A stretch of DNA of 64,000 bases, taken from Podarcis liolepis. Taxonomy: Eukaryota. Both the position numbers and the translations under genes were made by a program. Shown here piece by piece: positions 55,861 to 64,000 of this stretch; positions within the stretch are counted from its first letter, which is position 1, and the number at the start of each line of letters is the position of its first letter. The notes under the pieces were generated by a model. The model searched no databases and was not told the DNA's origin. It saw only the letters and a list, made by a program, of their open reading frames with translations. Location of the stretch: assembly GCA_965112155.1 (NCBI GenBank), contig OZ218115.1, one strand, 5' to 3'.

Positions 55861-55985
55861 GCCTTGCTCCCTCTAATACTTTTGTGGCACCACAGCCAGT
55901 GGTGGCAGCGGCGGCCAGCCCAGCAAAGCTGCAGGCGGCAGCTGCTCTGACTGAGGTTGCCAATGGGATTGAAGCAGCGCCAGTG
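55861..55985 (+). CDS. HCFC1: HCFC1 exon 21
   Basis: [41 protein letters not shown]. Confidence 0.94.
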
Positions 55986-56999
55986 GTAAGCTAAGGAGGG
56001 TCTAGAGGGGGAGAGATTGGGGGGGGGTAGAGAGATACTGGTTTCTCCATCTGAGGGTGACCAAGGCATCCAGTAGGATAGGATGGTTTATGTCCCCCAT
56101 TGCCTGGGAAGACGTGTGAAAGGCTTTGGGCTCAGCGGGTCCTGCAGTCACTTCATCAGTTCTTTTCCTGCCTTTGGCCAGGGCAGAAGGGTTTCTGAGC
56201 AACTCCTTCTCTGTTGTTGCTTTTTTCTCTCCTCCTGCTTTCACAGAATACTATGCTGTATGCTCCTAGTGGCATTTTGCAGCCTCAGCTTGCATTAACA
56301 GGTGGTGGCCCCACAATCTGTCAGATGTGGCCTGCGAATAATTGGCCACTTTTTCATTTGGCCCGCTGGACAAAAGTGGTTCCCTACCCCTGCATTTGCA
56401 AGATGGATTCCTTCGCCTTTACAGATGCATCTTTTGGCACAAGCATGCTATAGGTTCTACTGCAGCAGATGCCATCCACAGCTCAAATTTCTCCCCAATT
56501 CCCTCCTAGAATAGGATAGCTTAGACAAATCCCATTTTATTGGATGCCTTTGTCATTCCAGGAAGAAAAGGGAACTTAGAGTGCTCACTGTGAAGTTTCT
56601 AGTCAGATTAATAAGGCATCCAAGCCATATTCTATATGAAATGCACTATACATTTTCAAACTCACAAGTCAATGTACCTTAGTCCTTCAGCTAGTGCCAG
56701 GGCCTTCCAGAAGTCCCTTTGCCCTTTTTCTGCTTTTTCTCTATGGTTTTTGCCTCAAAAGGGAGACAGTTTCAGCATTCTGCCTGTCTAAGGCTTGGCA
56801 GCAGATGGGAAGAGGAGCCTTGGGGATGGTTACTGAGCTAAAATCTAATTGTGCAGCTTCCCTGCCTTCCAAGGCAGTTGGGAGATATAACCCAATCCTT
56901 ACCTCAGTCACCCCAGACAAGAAAGAAGCCTCACAGAGAGTATTGAAAGTTCTTTTCCAGCTTTCCAGAACTCACCCTCTGTTCTCCCACCCTGTTTAG

Positions 57000-57137
57000 A
57001 AACCAGAACCTCCCACTCAGCCTCCAAAGGTGGTTGTGAAGAAGGAGAATCAGTGGTTTGATGTGGGTGTTGTTAAAGCAACCAACATGATGGTGACACA
57101 CTACTTCCTGCCTCCTGATGATGCGCCTGCCACAGAA
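57000..57137 (+). CDS. HCFC1: HCFC1 exon 22
   Basis: [46 protein letters not shown]. Confidence 0.94.
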
Positions 57138-57190
57138 GTGAGTGACCTTCACCTATCTTTTGCTTTCTTCTAATGATGCACATAGTTTGA

Positions 57191-57562
<372 letters not shown>

Positions 57563-57653
57563 TAGCTAATGCCTCTACCCCAGTGTGGCCGCTGGGAGCC
57601 AACTGTCCAAATCCTCAATCTATCTGTTGTGTGTGTGTGTGTATCTTTCTCAG

Positions 57654-57951
57654 AGTCCAGATGGAGCCCATTTGACTTGGGAGCCCCCTTCTGTCACCTC
57701 TGGGAAGATCACGGAGTACTCTGTGTACCTGGCCATTCAGAGTGCCCAGGCAGGCGAACCGAAGAGTGCAGCCCCCGCTCAACTGGCCTTCATGCGAGTT
57801 TATTGTGGGCCCAGCCCCTCATGCCTGGTGCAATCAGCTAGTCTCTCCAATGCCCATATAGACTACACAACCAAGCCTGCCATCATCTTCCGCATTGCTG
57901 CCCGCAACGAGAAGGGCTACGGCCCTGCCACACAAGTCCGGTGGCTGCAAG
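57654..57951 (+). CDS. HCFC1: HCFC1 exon 24 (Fn3)
   Basis: [19 protein letters not shown]...[16 protein letters not shown]. Confidence 0.96.
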
Positions 57952-58119
57952 GTGAGTGAGTGCTGTGATAGGAATTTGGGGAAGGGCTTCAGAAAGCATC
58001 TAGCCTGTTATCTTGTTTCTTCATGGAGAGGTGGTAAGGCAGTTTCTCTTAAATGTATCCCCATCTACAGAAGAAGGAACAATGAATTACCAGGACCCAT
58101 TGGTCTCTTTCAGTGTATA

Positions 58120-58368
58120 CAGTTGTACCTTGGAAGTCAAACAGAATCCATTCTGGAAGTTTGTTTGACTTGAAATGTTTGACTTCCAAAGCACGGCTTC
58201 TGATTGGCTGCAGGAAGCACCTGCAGCCAACCGGAAGCTGTGGAAGACCCACCAGACATTCAGTTTCCAAAAGAACGTTCAAAAATCTGAACACTCGCTT
58301 CCAGTTTTCAATCATTCGGGAGTCGAAACGTTCGACTCCCAAGGCATTTGGAAGCCAAGGTACGACTG
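58120..58368. mobile_element. Tc1/mariner-type MITE in HCFC1 intron 24
   Basis: TA|CAGTTGTACCTTGG...CCAAGGTACGACTG|TA. Confidence 0.85.
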
Positions 58369-59652
58369 TATATATGTACTATTATGCAAATGAAATATAT
58401 CTGCATTTTATCTCAGGTTGAGTATTTTTGCTGAGATGTTAGGGGGCATGAGAGTTTAGTGGTTAGTTTAAAAGGGACAGAAGGGTTTTGCAGAATTCCC
58501 ACCACCACTGCACTGTATTGGCTTCAATTGATTACCACCAGTGTGGCTGAGAGATATTCCTAAGGATGTGTGGGTGGGTGTTAAAAAAAGATCCCAGAGT
58601 CCTCAGGTATATGGCCTATGTTCCACATTCTGTTGTAAATGCATGACATATATAACCCAACATCTAGTGAGCAGTTTCCTCCTAGCTTGGGAGTCTTAAG
58701 GGCAGCTCAAGAAGTGCCACTTCAGACTGGGAAATCTAGATTGTAAACTGCTTGAGGCAGGACCTGTTGTTTTGCCACTTACTATGTGAAAGCTCAGCAG
58801 TCGAGTCCCAGGTTCCGTGCTTAGCATCACCAGTTAAAAACAGGGTTTTGGGTAGCAGGTGGCTTGAAGGGCCTCTGCCTGAGACACTGGGAAGCCACTG
58901 CCTGGCAAAATAGACAAGACTGGCCTGGGTGGGCAGTCTGACATGTGGGATATGTACAAAGTTAGACTCTATATAAAATGTTACGTTGTGGAACACGTTC
59001 CACTACATTGGTTGAACTGAGGCCAAGAATACTTATCAGTTGAGAGGATGGGGGGGGGGGAATCATTTGGGACCCGTAATGGAAAGGATTACTCACCATT
59101 GCATATTTCTGCCTATTGGGATGTTAAATTAGTCCTTTCTGAGGTTAGGTGATTCTTGGGGTTGGCCAACTAAAGGGTTGCAGACCAACTCCAGCCTGCA
59201 ATATAACCTTACTGGACCGCATTCTCCCGCCCCCAAGACTCTGCCAACCCATGAATTGAGGTTTGGGCAGACATTTTTGTCCCCCATTTCTCTTGTAATT
59301 CATCACATGTTTTGAGAATGGTTAAGCACATTTGTTGGCAAGTCACACTGGGTGGTGTTCATAGTATTGGCCAAGACAGCTCACGCTTTATAACTGTATA
59401 AAGTCCCTTCTTCTTTGGTATGCTGCAACATGGCTATGGATAATGGTCAGTTGTGAGGAGGTCTGTTGATGGCATAGCTAACCTCCAGCTTGTCTCAGGA
59501 GAATAGGGCTGCCCTCTGGACTAATAATCTCTGGCTATTTGCTGTGTGCAAGTACCTGAGCTGGAATCTGGTACCCAAGTTTGCTGTGTGCTCTGGCTCT
59601 CTGGATAGGGACTTGCACCTCCAGTATATGCAGCACATTCTTTTCTTCACAG

Positions 59653-59716
59653 AATCCAGTAAGGATGGCTCCATGATAAAACCAGCCAACAAGCGGCCGC
59701 TGTCCTCTCCCGACCT
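59653..59716 (+). CDS. HCFC1: HCFC1 exon 25
   Basis: SSKDGSMIKPANKRPLSSPD(L)|gtgagt. Confidence 0.93.
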
Positions 59717-60848
59717 GTGAGTATTTCCTAGTGGAAAGTCATGCAGTGTTTGTGTTTCAGGTCAAAGTGGGAGAGGGGAAGGAATGCGTACAGAAAGGGA
59801 CATCTGGAGTCTGTGGGTCCAATCAAGTTCCTATTTCTTAACCCAGTTGGTCCAAGTTCCTTTCCTGTGTGCTGTGAATGGGCAGAGCCTGGGTGTATGG
59901 GGTGCTAGGGGAAGGGTCGTACCTCTGATAGGGGCCAAATCATGCTCCTTCCGGGGTAGTTTGTTCACCTTTGGTCCTCACTCTGCAATCACCTGTGGCT
60001 TCTAGAAGCTGTCAGCATGAGACAGTGGCCACACCCCAGGAACTGCTTCGACTGGCCAACTAAATCAGGTGAGGGTAGTCGATGGGTCTCAAATCCTCAG
60101 TGAGTCAGGGACTTTCCCTGCATGCGAAGACAGGCTCCGGTGGATTGAGCAGATGAGCACTAGTGGGTCCAACAGTCAAGAAGGCGGTTTTTGCACGTGC
60201 TGTAGAGAGACGTGAGGGGTAGATGGGGCTTGTCCACCTTGGAAGGGAGCCCATATAGGAGAAGGAAAACTTTGTGGAATATATTTGGGAGAAGAAAAGG
60301 CTAAGGAGCAAACCCTGTACAAATCTGGAGTAGAGTCCCCAAGACGGTTGGATGGTGCTTGTACACTTCCTTCCGGCAATTCCTGCAGCCAAGCTGGTGC
60401 TCTGCTTTCCTTTGGACCATATCAGTGAGGCCAAGAGGGGGGTCTTGTCCTCTGGGCAGCCCAGGACCTCCGTACTTAATGGCCAGGCTTGCACCCTGAG
60501 GAAGTCACTTTAGTGCTGCTAGTGCAGCGGTGTGGCTTCACCCCTGGAGGCACACTCCATTGTCTTTCGAGACAGGTGGACACCAACAGCAACAAATGGA
60601 CAGAGCCTATCATGAAGGATATTTTTAGGTGGGAGGGCACCACAAGATGGGATCCTTGCCAAGTGGAAATGCTTCTTCCTGGAACGGTTCTGCATAGGCA
60701 ATCCAGGGTGAGAGAGATTCACTTTTGAGTGAGAGTGAGCACGCGTACCTATGCAGATGTGGATTTAGGGATTGATCTCTGAATCTGTGCATCAGGCCTA
60801 GCCTAGTATTTGGCTCATGAGCCCAACACATTTCTTTTCCTCTTTCAG

Positions 60849-60888
60849 GAAAACCGCTCCAAAGAAGCCCAAAGCAGATGGGCAGTGA
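60849..60888 (+). CDS. HCFC1: HCFC1 exon 26, coding part (NLS)
   Basis: KTAPKKPKADGQ* (human KSAPKKSKADGQ). Confidence 0.94.
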
Positions 60889-62304
60889 AGGGCATCCCCT
60901 GCTGTCCCCTCTTCCTGCCTGCTCCACAGCCTCCACCTGAACCCCCAGCCAGTCAGCCGCCCCTTTGTGTGGAGGAAGATGGAACCGCTGAAAGCACATT
61001 TCATACACCACGGGGCTGGACTCTTGGGGCGGAGGACGCAGAGGCTCAAGTGAGGGAGCCCCAAGCAGGGGCCATCGCTGTGCCATGCCATGCTATGCCA
61101 TGCCATGCCCCAGCCTCGGGAGGGGGAAGAAGGACTGGAGTTCCTCCCCTGCCCCCTGCTGCTGCCCCATTTAACATGGACGCTGATGTTAGGGGTGGGT
61201 TTGGAGGGGGGAATTGTTATGGGGGGAGGGGGGCTGTTGGGTTTTTTACAAGTTGCAGTTACAGGAATGAAGTTCTTTTTGTATACCCCAGCATCCTGTG
61301 TCTTGGGGGTGGGAGGGTTATTCTCCCTGCCTCCATTTCTTGCCTCTGTACAGACCCTCTCCCTCAGTTTAGTTTTTAGTGTCTGCGTTGGTAATGGAGA
61401 GAGAGGAGTCTCTGCTGTTTGGGGAGGGAGGGAGGGGCGGGAGGTGGTTGGACCACCAATGCAGCTACTTTTGGGGGTGGGTGGGGGGATGCAGCTCATT
61501 CTACAACAGCTGTTCAGATGCTCAGCCCAGGGCGCTTGTGGCTTCAACCCACCCCCTCTTCTCCACACATGCAGCAATTCCTCTAACAGCACAAGCTGAT
61601 TTTTCCCTCTGCTCTTCCCTCTCCAGACCACAAGGCGGCATGTCTAGGCAAAAATGCATTGCCATTCCTCTCCATCATTTTATATAAAACCCTTTTTTAG
61701 GGGGGAGGGGAAGACATCTTGGAGGGATGGAGTCTGACCCCACAAGGTCAGGGTGATAAGCTAGGAACAAGACTGCGGGACAATACTTTTGCCTGTTGAA
61801 GTACAGCTTTCCCTCTGGCTGGGGCAGGGATCTAGGTTCCCTCCCACTCCAGAGGAATATGTACACCCCCTCCACTCGCTGCCTCTCTGGACATTCCACA
61901 GAGGGGAAGGGAGAAGAGCAGTCAGGGCTTATTCTTCAGAGATGGTGGGGAATAGGCTATAAAATGAAAAGCAAACAGCTGCACTGACTGCTATGTCCTA
62001 CCTCTCCGTTGTCAAAGAGATTTGGCAGGTAAAGCAGGCCCCCTCCAAAAAATAGCAAACAAACCCAGGAGCAGACCCCCTTCCCCACCAACTTGCTCTG
62101 TGCCCTGGTCTTTTGTATTATAATGTATTTCGCTGTGTCCCCTTCCTGTTCAGACCCTAAGATTCTTCCTACCCTACTCTCCTACCCCATTTATTTTCCT
62201 TTGAGACAGGAACAGTCCTCCTAGGAGTTCCCCATGGCTGTCCACCCCTCCGCTCCCCCTCACCCTAGTGCTGCGTATCTGTCGTTTTTGTGCTATTTTG
62301 AACA

Positions 62305-62310
62305 ATTAAA
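62305..62310 (+). terminator. Putative HCFC1 polyadenylation signal (ATTAAA)
   Basis: ATTAAA followed by a T-rich tract, about 1.4 kb after the stop. Confidence 0.55.
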
Positions 62311-62483
62311 GACCTCCTTTTTTTGGAAACCAGGTTCTGTCTGTGAAACTAGATCTTTCCCTCATCCTCTTCTAGTACTAGGGCGTTTCTGGCTACCTTT
62401 TGGGAAAAGAGCCCTCTTACCCTCGTGGGAGGGCTGGGGCAGAAGTGTTTTCACCATTGAAAAGCACAATATTGGTATTCAGC

Positions 62484-62489
62484 TTTATT
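62484..62489 (-). terminator. Putative polyadenylation signal of the RAB7-like gene
   Basis: TTTATT on plus = AATAAA on minus, about 240 nt past the Rab stop. Confidence 0.6.
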
Positions 62490-62728
62490 TCCATGTGCTT
62501 GGGAAGAGTAGCCTGGGATATGATCCAGCTCTCCCAAGTGCGCTAGGCTGTGTCATCCAGAGAACAAAGGTCTACCTTGGGATCCAGCTCCAGAAGCTGT
62601 GTGCTGCAGCCTTGCCAAATGTCCTTGGGGCTGTTCTGTGGGGTTGCACTTTCACCCTTCGGGATTGCAGAGCATGAAGAGCCCACCCCCTTAGGCAGAA
62701 GGAATCTTCCCATCTGTATTTGGTCAGA

Positions 62729-62818
62729 TCAGCAGCTACACTTCTCTCTGGCTGCCCCTTCTGGTGGCCTGGTCTCCAGGTGAACTGAGTCCGGTTGTGG
62801 CTCTTCAGGTACCCTCCG
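62729..62818 (-). CDS. RAB7-like GTPase, last exon (hypervariable tail plus CXC prenylation motif)
   Basis: ttccacctcag|CGG...: RRVPEEPQPDSVHLETRPPEGAAREKCSC*. Confidence 0.88.
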   Translation of the reverse strand, partial: RRVPEEPQPDSVHLETRPPEGAAREKCSC

Positions 62819-63030
62819 CTGAGGTGGAACAAAAAGAAAAGTGGTGAGGGGGCAAGTGGTTGGTGCAGATGGGTAAAGGCATGAGATGCAGGCTGTTGGG
62901 AAGGACTTTGTCTTATAAGAAAGTTGAAAGCTGGGAAAGGTGTTGTTTTTTTAAGGGATAAAAGCAATCTCAAAGGTATGTGGTCTGTCCGGGGCCTTAT
63001 AAGGGCAGGGCTGAAAATGAGGTTTCTTAC

Positions 63031-63156
63031 ATTCTTTAGTACAGCCCGTATGGCCCACTCAAACACCTCCTGCACGTTGGTGGCTTCCTTGGCGCTGGTT
63101 TCAAAGTATTTGGCTTCATGAAGCTTGCTCCACATTTCTGCTTCCTCAGAAGACAC
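63031..63156 (-). CDS. RAB7-like GTPase exon (G5 box)
   Basis: VSSEEAEMWSKLHEAKYFETSAKEATNVQEVFEWAIRAVLKN|gtaaga; compare RAB7A YFETSAKEAINVEQAF. Confidence 0.92.
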
Positions 63157-63701
63157 CTGGACAAAAACAGGGCTTGGGCATACTCTGCTCTCTTCCCAAT
63201 TCCATCTGCAGCTCTTAATCAAAAAGCTTGTGGTCTTTTTAGTGTACACAATGAGAGCAAATCTGTAAGATAATATAATTCTTCCCCAGATACCAAATTC
63301 TACATCTCTGCTCAACAATTATGCCAAAGTCCTCTGGTGAAGCTGTTCATTAGGATACAATATTCCCTGAACTTTCTGTCCACTCCCCGTCTCCTTGAGT
63401 CATTGCAAAGAGAACTTTTACAGCCCCCTAACAGAACCCCTAAAGAGTTCTGACCCCTAACTACTCCAACCCAATATGTCTGAGAGCCACACAGGATGTG
63501 GACTTGTGCCCTGCACCTGGCTTCATATGTAGCCCTGCCCAGTGGCAGACTTTGGGCTTTAAAATTTCAGCAGTGCACTGTGCAATGCCAAAATCTGGAG
63601 GGTGGGGGTGGCGCCTCTCGCCTTCCGCTGTTTGCTATTGTTGCAGGGCCCCCTTAGCTTGGCAGCCAGTGTGGGTGGGTGTGGGTGAACCTCTGCCCCA
63701 C

Positions 63702-63920
63702 CTCACGGTTCTCCAGGTCCATCTTGTTCCCAATGACAGCAGTGGGGAAAGTGGGCTCTTCCTCTGGCTCAATCTGCAACAGGAGCTGCTTGTGCCACTT
63801 CTCCAGGGCTTGGAAAGAGCTGACGGATGTGACATCGAAGACGAGAAGGCAGCAGTCTGACCCCCGGTAGAGGGCAGTCCCCAGTGCTTGGAACCTTTCT
63901 GTACCAGCTGTGTCCCAAAT
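63702..63920 (-). CDS. RAB7-like GTPase exon (G3/switch II to G4)
   Basis: IWDTAGTERFQALGTALYRGSDCCLLVFDVTSVSSFQALEKWHKQLLLQIEPEEEPTFPTAVIGNKMDLENRE; 73 codons, aligns without gaps to the RAB7A exon IWDTAGQERF...GNKIDLENRQ. Confidence 0.93.
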
Positions 63921-63988
63921 CTAGGTGCAAGAAGGGATAGAAGCTGAGACCTTGATTTCAAGACATCCCTGGGTCCTTGGTGACTTAC

Positions 63989-64000
63989 CTCCATTAATCT
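63989..64000 (-). CDS. Possible 3' end of the preceding RAB7-like exon (cut by the window edge)
   Basis: AGATTAATGGAG|gtaagt strong donor; phase 0 gives ...RLME, but this implies a short 68-nt intron. Confidence 0.45.

Noticed and set aside
61080-61110. (GCCAT)n run in the HCFC1 3' UTR as a YY1 cluster
   Set aside because: A simple pentamer microsatellite lacking the downstream NTT of the YY1 consensus.
62572-63318. 248-aa minus-strand ORF as a single-exon gene
   Set aside because: Only 63156-63031 is Rab coding; the rest is intron read-through, and the true last exon is in another frame.
62729-64000. Calling the terminal gene RENBP (by synteny) or RAB7A/RAB7B/RAB9
   Set aside because: The sequence is clearly a Rab GTPase, not RENBP. 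It is too divergent for the near-invariant RAB7A, lacks the RAB7B DTGGQ, and has coding introns unlike RAB9A/B. Symbol left blank.

Overview
Vertebrate genomic DNA, very probably from a squamate reptile (lizard), judged by a Sauria-type SINE, CR1/L2 LINEs and lizard-type MITEs. The window is the block syntenic to human Xq28, read in reverse orientation. It contains: (1) the 3' 12 exons of IRAK1 (+; death-domain exons lie upstream of the window); (2) TMEM187 with a single coding exon (-); (3) a CpG-island bidirectional promoter packed with about 18-20 YY1-type motifs; (4) the complete 26-exon HCFC1 (+; about 2198 aa by my exon assembly); (5) tail-to-tail with HCFC1, where human has RENBP, the 3' exons of an intact but divergent RAB7-family GTPase (-). 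The Rab is the most interesting item. It has RAB7A intron positions and a CSC tail, but the catalytic switch-II Gln is Thr and the Ser72 phosphosite is Ala. It may be a third vertebrate Rab7 ohnolog lost from mammals. Exon boundaries were read by eye from GT-AG signals and phase continuity. Homology statements come from my recall of the human proteins, not from a database search.
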